DNA of 64,000 nucleotides from the human T2T-CHM13v2.0 reference genome, Homo sapiens: the NCBI RefSeq assembly GCF_009914755.1, contig NC_060926.1, one strand, 5' to 3'. Under the pieces are notes generated by a model. That model saw only the letters and a list, made by a program, of their open reading frames with translations. It did no database searches and was not told the origin of the DNA. This document shows, in pieces, positions 49,351 to 62,689 of this stretch; position 1 is the first letter of the stretch; each line of letters begins with the position of its first letter. A program made the position numbers and the translations under genes.

Positions 49351-51138
49351 CTCTGGGTCATCGTCCGGTGCTGCCCCTCTTTCAAACGTTTGTAAAGAAC
49401 CAGTGCAATGTGGTTACGACGTTTTTTCATTTATTCTTTACTTTTACACATTTCTTCGGTTATTGCTCTATGTTGGTGTTGCCTAGGGTTAATAACTTCC
49501 TAGTGTAGTAATAGTGAAATTATTAAACCTGAAAAGGAAAAAGCAGTGTCTTTTCAGACGAGCTGAGTGACAGGGTCTGTTCTTTGATGCATGGGTTATT
49601 GATTAGTGATACGAGATTTGATTAATTCTCTCAAGATAATTTAAAAATAAACACTTTGTATCAAGCTTTCTTTTTATAGTTGAACTTCTTTTGTTAAGTC
49701 AATAGACTTCTAATGTGCACATGTTTACCTAAGTTTTAGGTTTCTGCATGTATGTACCTCAGGGAAAACACAAATGGAGAAAGGAAAAACTCACTTGTCA
49801 GCCTGGCCCAAGCCCTGCCGTGGGTCCTTTTGTCAGCGTGTGTGGCCCTGGGGTGCTGTCATTGTGAAAACCTGGGGACTCCGTCCAGGAGGGGCCGTGT
49901 GTGCTGTGAAATCCTCTCAGCTTACGGTGGTTTGAGTGAATAGGGCTTGCTCTTCTCACTGAATGAGAAATCCGGCTGTTTGCTGTGGTTTTCTCCCAGT
50001 ATCTTTCCGTCCTCCCGTGGCACCATCCTTAGCTTGTGGGTTTTATCCTCATGTTCATTGCCTTATATTTGCAAAATGGTGGCTGTATTTCAAGATAACA
50101 TATCTTCTTTTTAGGTAGGAAAGAAGGGAAATGGGGCACCACACCTGAAGAAGCACCGTGGTTCCATCTCCGGGAAGGAAAGCCTTCACGGTATTCCTTC
50201 ATTTCCATCCACCCACTGGAACCGGACCCAAGTTCACCCTCAGAAAGGCTGAGGGAGCAAGTTCTTCATGAGTTGTTGGACAGCCTTTTGCCACTCCCTT
50301 AGGGGAATGCAGGGGTTCCATTCGCTGAGAGCAACACACTCTGCCCTCTGCTGAACCATGGGAGCAGGCCAGGCTCTGCCACAAGGCTGAGAGGGTTTGG
50401 TGGGGGCGGGGTGAGTGTGGGGTGGCCCCACTTGCATTTTGTCATTGCCAGCTGTGCCATGCAGAGGTCTTGGCTGGGGTTTGTTTCTGTCCATGGTTTC
50501 AGGCATCTGCTGCAGGGCTTACAACTTAGATAAGGGTGGTTGCCATATGATGTTCTGCATGAGGTCCACCTTAGGTGCTTAGACATTTAAATTCTTAGAT
50601 ATGGTGTCCTTCACACTTTAATTCACCGCTTTAGTGAGGTGTGTGCACCCGCCAAGGCTCACACGTCAGGAACCACACACGTACGTGCTCCTTAAGGCAG
50701 CCTTCAGCCTACTTAGCAACCGCTCTCCAAAAAATCTGTTTTAATACCTAAAATCACCATGGGCGATTGGATTTGATACCGTTCTATACATAGATTTTAT
50801 GAGGATTGGATTTCTCTGAGCATGGTTCAGTACTGAGGATACCAAGCTCCTGCTCACTCTCCCTCCTATGAGATTCTTCCTCAGGACCCTGCTGCCCCTG
50901 GCCCAGAAATCATCCACGACTTCATTGCTTACGGAAAAGCCGAGGTGCAGGCTGGGCTTTCCAGCTCACCTCGCATCCTGGGTCCCACAGCCACATTTGT
51001 CTCCTCCCTGCTCCGATGCATGGCACAGGATGGCACCCCAAGTCTCCACCCTCACCTGGAAGATCAGCCTCCCCCGCGTGTCACAGCCAGGTCAGGATGC
51101 ACACCTGGTGGCCCCTGACCCCGAGGCCTCTCACCTTG

Positions 51139-52698
51139 CTCCTTGGTAATAGTGGGCGCACACTGTCATTGGGGTGCAGGGTATGGAGAGCTCCTTGGTA
51201 ATAATGGACACGTGCTGTCACTCGGGTGCAGGGTGTGGAGAGCTCCTTGGTAACAGTGGACACACGCTGTCACTCGGGTGCAGGGTATGGAGAGCTCCTT
51301 GGTAATAGTGGACACACGCTGTCACTCGGGTGCAGGGTATGGAGAGCTCCTTGGTAATAGTGGATGCGTGCTGTCACTCGGGTGCAGGGTGTGGAGAGCT
51401 GCTTGGTAATAGTGGACACGTGCTGTCACTCGGGTGCAGGGTATGGAGAGCTCCTTGGTAAGAGTGGACACGTGCTGTCACTCGGGTGCAGGGTATGGAG
51501 AGCTCCTTGGTAAGAGTGGACACGTGCTGTCACTCGGGTGCAGGGTGTGGAGAGCTCCTTGGTAACAGTGGACACGTGCTGTCACTTGGGTGCAGGGTAT
51601 GGAGAGCTCCTTGGTAATAGTGGACACACGCTGTCACTCGGGTGCAGGGTATGGAGAGCTCCTTGGTAATAGTGGATGCGTGCTGTCACTCGGGTGCAGG
51701 GTGTGGAGAGCTCCTTGATAATAATGGACACTTGCTGTCACTCGGGTGCAGGGTATGGAGAGCTCCTTGGTAAGAGTGGACACGTGCTGTCACTCGGGTG
51801 CAGGGTATGGAGAGCTCCTTGGTAAGAGTGGACACGTGCTGTCACTCGGGTGCAGGGTATGGAGAGCTCCTTGGTAAGAGTGGACACGTGCTGTCACTCG
51901 GGTGCAGGGTATGGAGAGCTCCTTGGTAAGAGTGGTCACGTGCTGTCACTCGGGTGCAGGGTATGGAGAGCTGCTTGGTAATAGTGGACACGTGCTGTCA
52001 CTCGGGTGCAGGGTATGGAGAGCTCCTTGGTAAGAGTGGACACGTGCTGTCACTCGGGTGCAGGGTATGGAGAGCTGCTTGGTAATAGTGGACACGTGCT
52101 GTCACTCGGGTGCAGGGTATGGAGAGCTCCTTGGTAAGAGTGGACACGTGCTGTCACTCGGGTGCAGGGTATGGAGAGCTGCTTGGTAATAGTGGACACG
52201 TGCTGTCACTCGGGTGCAGGGTATGGAGAGCTCCTTGGTAAGAGTGGACACGTGCTGTCACTCGGGTGCAGGGTATGGAGAGCTCCTTGGTAATAGTGGA
52301 CACGTGCTGTCACTCGGGTGCAGGGTATGGAGAGCTCCTTGGTAAGAGTGGACACACGCTGTCACTCGGGTGCAGGGTATGGAGAGCTGCTTGGTAATAG
52401 TGGACACGTGCTGTCACTCGGGTGCAGGGTATGGAGAGCTCCTTGGTAAGAGTGGACACGTGCTGTCACTCGGGTGCAGGGTATGGAGAGCTCCTTGGTA
52501 AGAGTGGACACGTGCTGTCACTCGGGTGCAGGGTATGGAGAGCTCCTTGGTAAGAGTGGACACGTGCTGTCACTCGGGTGCAGGGTATGGAGAGCTGCTT
52601 GGTAATAGTGGACACGTGCTGTCACTTGGGTGCAGGGTATGGAGAGCTCCTTGGTAATAGTGGACGCACGCTGTCACTGGGGCGCAGGGTATGGAGAG
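51139..52698 (+). repeat. 52-bp VNTR, 30 copies (CTCCTTGGTAA[T/G]AGTGGACACGTGCTGTCACTCGGGTGCAGGGTATGGAGAG)
   Basis: Exact 52-bp period with no indels; 1560 bp = 30 units. Confidence 0.98.
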
Positions 52699-55311
52699 CT
52701 GGATGCACAGCTTCATCATGACATGTCATACTTTCGGAAAGCAAAAGCGGCTTGCGAAGTCCCCTAAGCCCCTTTTATTCCCCCTAACAGTGGTTTGCTC
52801 TCGGTGATCACCCAGTTCATACTTAATGAAATGAGGAAGAATGAAGCTCTCCTCTATGACTGGATGGAATTTACATGTGGTGTTTCCAACACAGCAAAAC
52901 TTTCGAAACCGAAGCCAGGCTCCATATAACACACAGAGAAAGGATGACGAAAACCACATGCTGAAAAAGGATGTGGAAGTCAGAGGGTGCCATCTGCATA
53001 GGAATTCCTGACATTGATACTTGTCATACGAAAATAACTTCCATTTTCATTGGATCTTCATAAAAAACATATGAAATGGGCAAGGGACGCATGATTATTC
53101 ACATTTCATAGGGCAGCAGATAAACAGGAATTATGAGTTGCCCAGTTTTACTCCGCTAACAAGGGCTTATAAAGAGTCCTTTACTTGTACACTTAGATTT
53201 TTCCCTCGAAATCCAGTTCTTCCTACTATAGCATATCATCTCATTAGGTACAAAGAAAATTCATTCACAGCCACAGTTTAATTCCACTTAAATAAATTAA
53301 TGGTAATAAATAATTTAATAAATAATAATGCTTCGTAAGAATTTATCTGTAAGATAGGCCTGGGCCCTGTAGCTAATTTGATGTGTATATTCGGGAGACA
53401 AATGGGACAATTAGAAAATACTCAGAAAATTGCACAGAAAGGAAGGGGTGTTTTGTCCCCGAAAGAAAGGCAAGACGAACGCGAACCTTCAGTCGTTCTC
53501 ATGTGGAGTATTCATCGTTCAGCGCCAGGAAGTATCCTGAGCTGAAGGGCGGGTTCTTACAGAGGCCATCTGAGCTACAGTGGGAATGTCAGGTTGGACA
53601 CGAGGCTCACTGTTACTCATGAAGATGTTGACACAGAACGACGATTTCTATAACCAAATATATATACTACATTTGGTGGGGAAGGAAAGGGAACACAAAA
53701 CCCAGGTCCCAAAGCTCCCTGTTCAGGTCTCTGTGGCACAGCGGCTGTGGCAGAGTTTTGTCTGGATCCTGTCGTCGTCTAAAGTCATGGCCTGGACACC
53801 TGTAAACACAGGAAGAATCACCCTTTTCATACCAAAGTCACAGAGACTTATGAGCTTTGTGTGATGGGGTCACCATGACATGGGCCTCCACCTGTATTTT
53901 ATTGTTCTCTAGAATTTTCACCTGTTATTGGTGTCTTAGTGCCATGCACATGCCTTCATTATGCCAGATCTGTGATTAATTTCTTTCTGTGTTAAATTTA
54001 TTTCACCTGTTCTGCTGAATTTGCTTTGAAGCCTTTCTTCCCTAATACCTTCTCCTCTGCCTCCCTCCCTCCCATGTAAATATTGATTTAGATGTCTTTA
54101 TATTAATGTAAGGTCCTGCCCTTCACATGGCATAGAGAAACCCGTGATGAATGCCCCCATTGTCCCTCAGAAAGCAGAGACTTGAGCAGCTGAGATGCCT
54201 CTTCCCAGAGCTGGAATCCTTCACAGCACTGCCTCTCTGGCATCCGCTCCTCACACCGCTGGGCCTTTGCCTTTGCCATTCATCATGTCTGCTGTGCTGC
54301 CATATCTTCCTTTCTAGGCTCTAAAAAATGGCTTTTGAAATTCAAAATGTGATACAACTACTCAGGCCAATGTGCCTGCACTAATATATAAGTCAGATAC
54401 TATCTGGTTTTTCTTCTGGAGCTCTATAAATATTTGATAGAGTCCTTCTATTTTAGACGGTTGAACCTGGATCTGGCTACATGTGTGCAGAAACACAATG
54501 TCAGAAATCTTTTCTCACCTGGCGGTGGGTGGATGTGGAATTCAATTTGTAACTTTTAGGTCTAACTTTCCTAACTGTGCTTTCTGTCACAAGCCAAAAT
54601 CTGCTTTTTGTCTCAAGTTAGCTTTCCGTAAGAATGAAGGGAGTCCCATTTTCCAATCCCCAGATCTAGACAGAGGTACAGCAGATTGAATGAAGAATAT
54701 TCTGGTGTTACTGCTTTATTGCTAATGAATCAATGAAAGGCATGGTTTTAAAGCTATCAAAGTATAAATAGAACTTGACAAGGATAATATAAAATGGACT
54801 TAGTAGCTGAATGAGAAATGCCGAAACCTCAAAAAGAATCACAAGAAACATCAGAAGCCCTGAAGTGTGCGTGCTGTGCACTGCAGGTCAAATTTAAATT
54901 CTGAGTAACAAGAGGCTTCCTCCTCAGGAGAAGCTGGAAGCAGGAAGGGGAGTCAGCGTACGGCCGGGCCCCTCTTACCTTTGCAGGGTCCCTGCTGTTG
55001 AGATTAGGACCGCAGGTGTGCAGCAGAGAATCCAGTTGTTTTGCTTTAGAAAGTGCCTGAAGAACAAATCCTTCGGGCCCCAAAGATGCTGTCCTGGGAT
55101 CTACTTTGCCATTGCTCCTCAAGTTCAGCCAGTGTTATGGCAGGTGTCAGCATCCACCAAAGGGGACCTTCCTGTAAGATGAAAAATACTTTTTAATTTA
55201 AATATACATAACACTTCAAAATGTCCAGTGTCCTTCAAATTACTTCAAGAATTTAGATTTCCCTGTTATCAATGATAAATAATCTCCCAAGGCCACTTAG
55301 AGAGACTCCCT

Positions 55312-58300
55312 GAGAAGAATCGTGTGTTCTAAGTGAGGTTTAACCCTTACAGTCCTTTGAGAAAGATCGTGTGTACTAAGTGAGGTTTAACCCTTACAGT
55401 CCTTTGAGAAGAATCGTGTGTACTAAGTGAGGTTTAACCCTTATACTCCTTTGAGGAGGATCGTGTGTACTAAGTGAGGTTTAACCCTTAGAGTCCTTTG
55501 AGGAGGATCGTGTGTACTAAGTGAGGTTTAACCCTTACAGTCCTTTGAGAAGAATCGTGTGTACTAAGTGAGGTTTAACCCTTATACTCCTTTGAGGAGG
55601 ATCGTGTGTACTGAGGTTTAACCCTTAGAGTCCTTTGAGGAGGATCGTGTGTACTGAGGTTTAACCCTTACAGTCCTTTGAGAAGAATCGTGTGTACTAA
55701 GTGAGGTTTAACCCTTATACTCCTTTGAGGAGGATCGTGTGTACTAAGTGAGGTTTAACCCTTAGAGTCCTTTGAGGAGGATCGTGTGTACTAAGTGAGG
55801 TTTAACCCTTACAGTCCTTTGAGAAGAATCGTGTGTACTAAGTGAGGTTTAACCCTTATACTCCTTTGAGGAGGATCGTGTGTACTAAGTGAGGTTTAAC
55901 CCTTAGAGTCCTTTGAGGAGGATCGTGTGTACTAAGTGAGGTTTAACCCTTACAGTCCTTTGAGAAGGATCGTGTGTACTAAGTGAGGTTTTACCCTTAC
56001 AGTCCTTTGAGGAGGATCGTGTGTACTAAGTGAGGTTAAACCCTTACAGTACTTTGAGGATAATCATGTATACTAAGTGAGGTTTAAGCCTTACACTGCT
56101 TTGAGAAGGATCGTGTGTACTAAGGGAGGTTTAACCCTTACAGTCCTTTGAGGAGGATCGTGTGTACTAAGTGAGGTTTAACCCTTGCAGTCGTTTGAGA
56201 AGGATCGTGAGTACTAAGTGAGGTTTAACCCTTACAGTCCTTTGAGGAGGATCCTGTGTACTAAGTGAGGTTTAACCCTTATACTCCTTTGAGAAGAATC
56301 GTGTGTACTAACTGAGGTTTAATCCTCACAGTACTTGGAGGAGGATCATGTATACTAAGTGAGGTTTAACACTTACAGTTCATTGAGGAGGATTTTGTGT
56401 ACTAAGTGAGGTTTAAACCTCACAGTCCTTTGTGAAGGATCGTGTGTACTAAGTGAGGTGTAACCCTTAGAGTCCTTTGAGGAGGATCGTGTGTACTAAG
56501 TGAGGTTTAACCCTTACAGTCCTTTGAGAAGAATCGTGTGTACTAAGTGAGGTTTAACCCTTATACTCCTTTGAGGAGGATCGTGTGTACTAAGTGAGGT
56601 TTAACCCTTAGAGTCCTTTGAGGAGGATCGTGTGTACTAAGTGAGGTTTAACCCTTACAGTCCTTTGAGAAGAATCGTGTGTACTAAGTGAGGTTTAACC
56701 CTTATACTCCTTTGAGGAGGATCGTGTGTACTAAGTGAGGTTTAACCCTTAGAGTCCTTTGAGGAGGATCGTGTGTACTAAGTGAGGTTTAACCCTTACA
56801 GTCCTTTGAGAAGAATCGTGTGTACTAAGTGAGGTTTAACCCTTATACTCCTTTGAGGAGGATCGTGTGTACTAAGTGAGGTTTAACCCTTAGAGTCCTT
56901 TGAGGAGGATCGTGTGTACTAAGTGAGGTTTAACCCTTACAGTCCTTTGAGAAGAATCGTGTGTACTAAGTGAGGTTTAACCCTTATACTCCTTTGAGGA
57001 GGATCGTGTGTACTAAGTGAGGTTTAACCCTTAGAGTCCTTTGAGGAGGATCGTGTGTACTAAGTGAGGTTTAACCCTTACAGTCCTTTGAGAAGGATCG
57101 TGTGTACTAAGTGAGGTTTTACCCTTACAGTCCTTTGAGGAGGATCGTGTGTACTAAGTGAGGTTAAACCCTTACAGTACTTTGAGGATAATCATGTATA
57201 CTAAGTGAGGTTTAAGCCTTACACTGCTTTGAGAAGGATCGTGTGTACTAAGGGAGGTTTAACCCTTACAGTCCTTTGAGGAGGATCGTGTGTACTAAGT
57301 GAGGTTTAACCCTTGCAGTCGTTTGAGAAGGATCGTGAGTACTAAGTGAGGTTTAACCCTTACAGTCCTTTGAGGAGGATCCTGTGTACTAAGTGAGGTT
57401 TAACCCTTATACTCCTTTGAGAAGAATCGTGTGTACTAACTGAGGTTTAATCCTCACAGTACTTGGAGGAGGATCATGTATACTAAGTGAGGTTTAACAC
57501 TTACAGTTCATTGAGGAGGATTTTGTGTACTAAGTGAGGTTTAAACCTCACAGTCCTTTGTGAAGGATCGTGTGTACTAAGTGAGGTGTAACCCTTACAG
57601 TCCTTTGAGAAAGATCGTGTGTACTAAGTGAGGTGTAACCCTTACAGTCCTTTGAGAAAGATCGTGTGTACTAAGTGAGGTTTTACCCTTACAGTCCTTT
57701 GAGGAGAATCATGTGTACTAAGTGAGGGTTAACCCTTACAGTCCTTTGAGGAGAATCATGTGTACTAAGTGAGGGTTAACCCTTACAGTCCTTTGAGGAG
57801 GATCGTGTGTACTAAGTGAGGTTTAACCCTTACAGTCCTTTGAGGAGGATCGTGTGTACTAAGTGAGGTTTAACCCTTGCAGTCGTTTGAGAAGGATAGT
57901 GAGTACTAAGTGAGGTTTAACCCTTATACTCCTTTGAGAAGAATCGTGTGTACTAACTGAGGTTTAACCCTCACAGTACTTGGAGGAGGATCATGTATAC
58001 TAAGTGAGGTTTAATACTTACATTTCATTGAGGAGGATTTTGTGTACTAAGTGAGGTTTAAACCTTGCAGTCCTTTGTGAAGGATCATGTGTACTAAGTG
58101 AGGTGTAACCCTTACAGTCCTTTGAGAAAGATGGTGTGTACTAAGTGAGGTTTAACCCTTACAGTCCTTTGAGAAGGATCGTGTGTACTAAGTGAGGTTT
58201 AACCCTTACAGTCCTTTGAGGAGGATCTTTTGTACTAAGTGAGGCTTAACCCTTATAGTCCTTTGAGGAGAATCATGTGTACTAAGTGAGGTTTAACCCT

Positions 58301-60874
58301 TACAGTCCTTTGAGAAGGATCGTGTGTACTGAGGATTAACCTTTACAGTCCTTTCAGAAGGATGGTGTGTACTAAGTGAGGTTTAACCCTTACAGTCCTT
58401 TGAGAAGGATCGTGTGTACTAAGTGAGGTTTAACCCTTACAGTCCTTTGAGAAGGATCGTGTGTATTAAGTGAGGTTTAACCCTTACAGTGTTTTGAAAA
58501 GGATCGTGTGTACTAAGGTTTAACCACTATAGTCCTTTTATGAGAACCATGTGTACTAAGTGAGGTTTAACCCATACAGTCCTTTGAGAAGGGTCGTGTG
58601 TACTAACTGAGGTTTAACCCTTACAGTCCTTTGACGAGGATTGTGTGTACTGAGGTTTAACCCTTACAGTCCTTTGAGGAGGATCGTGTGTACTAAGTGA
58701 GGTTTAACCCTTACAGTACTTTGAGGAGGATCGTGTGTACTAAGTGAGGTTTAACCCTTACAGTCCTTTGAGGAGGATCATGTGTACTAAGTGAGGTTTA
58801 ACCCTTACAGTCCTTTGAGGAGGATCATGGGTACTGAGGATTAACCCTTATAGTCCTTTGAGAAGAATGGTGTGTACTAAGTGAAATTTAACACTTACAG
58901 TCCTGTGAGGAGAATCGTGTGTACTAAGTGAGGTTTAACCCTTACAGTCCTTTGAGAAGGATCGTGTGTACTAAGTGAGGATTAACCCTTACAGTCCTTT
59001 CAGAGGGATGGTGTGTACTAAGTGAGGTTTAACCCTTACAGTCCTTTGAGGAGGATCGTGTTTCCTAAGTGAAGTTTAACCCTTACAGTCCTTTGAGGAG
59101 GGTGGTGTGTACTAAGTGAGGTTTAACCCTTACAGTCCTTTGAGGAGGATCGTGTGTACTAAGTGAGGTTTAACCCTTACAGTCCTTTGAGGAGAATCAT
59201 GTGTACTAAGTGAGGGTTAACCCTTACAGTCCTTTGAGGAGGATCGTGTGTACTAAGTGAGGTTTAACCCTTACGGTCCTTTGAGGAGGATCGTGTGTAA
59301 CTAAGTGAGGTTTAACCCTTACGGTCCTTTGAGGAGGATCTTGTGTACTAAGTGAGGTTTAACCCTTACAGTCCTTTGAGGAGGATCGTGTGTACTAAGT
59401 GAGGTTTAAACCTTACAGTCCTTTGAGAAGGATCGTGTGTACTAACTGAGGTTCAACACTTACAGTCCTTTGAGGAGGATCCTGTGTGCTAAGTGAGGTT
59501 TAAACCTTACACTCCTTTGAGGAGAATCATGTGTACTAAGTGAGGTTTAACCCTTACAGTCCTTTAAGGAGGATCTTTTGAACTAAGTGAGGTTTAACCC
59601 TTACAGTCCTTTGAGGAGAATCATGTGTACTAAGTGAGGTTTCACCCTTACAGTCCTTTGAGAAGGATCTTCTCTACTAAGTGAGGTTTAACCCTTAGAG
59701 TCCTTTGAGGAGGATCGTGTGTAGTAAGTGAGGTTTAACCCTTACAGTCCTTTGAGAAGGATCTTCTGTACTAAGTGAGGTTTAACCCTTACAGTCCTTT
59801 GAGAAGGATCGTGTGTACTCATGTTTAACCCCTATAGTCCTTTGAGGAGAATTGTGTGTACTAAGTGAAGTTTAACCCTTATACTCCTTTGAGAAGGATC
59901 GTGTGTACTAAGGGAAGTTTAACCCTTATAGTCCTTTGAGGAGGATTGTGTGTACTAAGTAAGGTTTAACCCTTATAGTCCTTTGAGAAAAATGGTGTGT
60001 ACTAAGTGTGGTTTAACCCTTACAGTCCTTTGAGGAGGGTCTTGTGTACTACGTGAGGTTTAACCCTTACAGTCCTTTGAGAAGGATCGTGTGTATTAAG
60101 TGAGGTTTAATCCTTACAGTCCTTTGAGGAGGATCGTGTGTACTAAGTGAGGTTTAACGCTTACAGTCCTTTGAGAAGGATCGTGTGTACTAAGTGAGGT
60201 TTAACCCTTACAGTCCTTTGAGGAGGATCTTGTGTACTAAATCAGGTTTAACCCTTACAGTCGTTTGAGGAGGATCGTGTGTGCCAAGTGAGGTTTAACC
60301 CTTACAGTCCTTTGAGAAGGATCATGTGTACTAATGTTTAACCCCTATAGTCCTTTGAGGAGAATTTCGTGTACTGAGGTTTAACCCTTACAGTCCTTTG
60401 AGGAGGATCGTGTGTACTAAGTGAGTTTTAACCCTTACAGTCCTTGGAGGAGGATCATGTGTAGTAAGTGAGGTTTAACCCTTACAGTCCTTTGAGAAGG
60501 ATTGTGTGTACTAAGGTTTAACCCCTATAGTCCTTTTAGGAGAATTGTGTTTACTAAGTGAGGTTTTACCCTTACAGTCCTTTGAGGAGGATCGTGTGTA
60601 CTAAGTGAGGTTTAACCCTTACAGTCCTTTGAGGAGGATCATGTGTACTAAGTGAGGTTTAATCCTTACAGTCCTTTGAGAAGAATCTTGTGTACTAAGT
60701 GAGGTTTGTCCCTTACAGTCCTTTGAGAAGAATCGTATGTACTAAGTGAGGTTTAACCCTTACAGTCCTTTGAGGAGGATCGTGTGTACTAAGTGAGGTT
60801 TAACATTTAGAGTCCTTTGAGAAGGATCGTGTGTACTAAGTGATGTTTAACCCTTACAGTCCTTTGAGGAGGAT
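55312..60874 (+). repeat. 47-bp VNTR, about 118-119 copies (GAGGAGGATCGTGTGTACTAAGTGAGGTTTAACCCTTACAGTCCTTT)
   Basis: 47-bp period with occasional 43-bp units; 5.56 kb; no ORF of 60 aa or more in any frame of the supplied track. Confidence 0.98.
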
Positions 60875-61493
60875 AAGAAGAGTCTCCCTTGTGCAGGGAC
60901 AGTCACTGAAGTTTGGGGAAGTCTAGGAATTTTAAAAGAACAGGATTTTGGAAATGAATTCAGGTCAATGTTCAAGCCCCATTGTGCCCTTTTGAGTGGC
61001 CCCGAGATGGCCCAGGGCCTGCCCTCCAGGACCTTGGCGGAGGTGGGGGCCAACGGGTTCCTCTTCTAACAGACTGTGGTGGAAACAGTATCAGTTTCCT
61101 TATGACCAACACACTAGTGAGGGAATATCATGATAAATTTATGACTGAAACACCTTACGTTTGTGCAGTTCACGTACACAATGGGGATGTAATCGTAGGT
61201 GGTTGGATGTGGCGTCTTCAGAGCTTAGGGTGCTTGTGAGTTAAGGGAGCTTGGTGGTCACGGGTTTTAGGGCTTTCTGAGAAGCAGAGCTATCGATTGC
61301 TACCTAATTGAAAAGATTGTGTGAGTCTGTAATGTTTTTCTCTTATTCACTAGAACACTTTATCAGCCTGACAACATTGGAAAGGAAACAGAAGCTGCCA
61401 GGGAAGCAGGTGTGAAAACAGCTCCAGTTACTCAGGCAAGGCTGTGGCTGCTCACCCGTGGCCCTGGCTCACGCAAAACTCTCCAGAATTAGG

Positions 61494-62220
61494 GGTGCTC
61501 TTGCATGGGGGTGCTCTGGTGTGTGGGTGCTCTGGTGTGTGGGTGCTTCGGTGTATGGGTGCCCTGGTGTGTGTGTGGTCTGGTGTGTGGGTGCTCCAGT
61601 GTATGAGTGCCCTGGTGTGTGGGTGCTCTGGTATGTGGGTGCCCTGGTGTACGGGTGCCCCGGTGTTCGGGTGCCCTGGTGTGTGGGTGCTCTGGTGTGT
61701 GGGTGCTCCAGTGTATGAGTGCCCTGGTGTGTGGGTGCTCTGGCATGGGGGTGCTCTGGTGTGTGGGTGCTCTGGTGTATGGGTGCCCTGGTGTGTGCGT
61801 GCCCTGGTGTATGGGTGCCGTGGTGTGTCAGTGCCCTGGTGTGTGGGTGCTCTGGTGTGTGGGTGCCCTGGTTTACGGGTTTCCTGGTCTGTGGGTGCCC
61901 TGGTGTATGGGTGCCCTGGTGTGTGGGTGCTCTGGTGTACGGGTGCCCTGGTGTACGGGTGCCCTAGTGTGTGGGTGCTCTGGTGTGTGGGTGCCCTGGC
62001 GTGTGGGTGCCCTGGCGTGTGGGTGCCTGGCGTGTGGGTGCTCTGGCATGTGGGTGCTCTGGTGTACGAGTGCCCTGGTGTGTGGGTGCTCTGGTGTGTG
62101 AGTGCCCTGGTGTGTGGGTGCTCTGGTGTGTGGGTGCCCCAATATGTGGGTGCCCCGGTGTACAGGTGCCCCGGTGTACGGGTGCTCTTGTGTGTAGGTG
62201 CTCTGGTGCGTGGGTGCTTT
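61494..62220 (+). repeat. 16-bp GT-rich minisatellite (GGTGCYCTGGTGTGTG), about 45 copies
   Basis: gtgctc at 61511, 61527 and onward with period 16. Confidence 0.95.
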
Positions 62221-62689
62221 GCTGTATGGATGCTGTGATGTGCAGGTTTATTTTCCAAAAGTTAGGTAAGAACATCACTCAAGATGATTGAGTCTTTTTC
62301 TAATTCCAAAGGCACTTTAAGGTTTCAGAGAGCCTTGGATTGTTTAATAGAGAAGACATGGCAGAACATAAACCATAGAAGGTGTCTGAGATGACTGTAA
62401 TTTTAAACAAGTTCCTAATATTAATACACTGCAAAATATCATTTAATTTTAATAGAAACAACTTTTACTATTATCTTTCCTTTTTTTCTTTCTCGTTGAA
62501 ATGAAGACTTAACATCAAATTCAGCAAAACAGATGAAATCAATTAAAATATAACATGGCGTGCAGGGCAGGCACGGCCTCCTGCCCCTGGGGAGCTGGAG
62601 CCCTCACGGAGTCCTGTGTGTGGCTGTGCTTTCTGGGGCTGAGCAGATGAGGTAGCTCAGTTCCCCAGGAATCAGAACCGAGGCGGAGC

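Noticed and set aside
55312-60874. CRISPR-like array (regular ~47-bp and 52-bp periodicity)
   Set aside because: Units are head-to-tail with no unique spacers, there are no cas genes, and the context is a primate intron.
61444-62291. Cys/Trp/Val-rich and His/Thr/Pro-rich ORFs (also 26291-26958)
   Set aside because: Translations of TG/CA-rich tandem repeats with no domain content.
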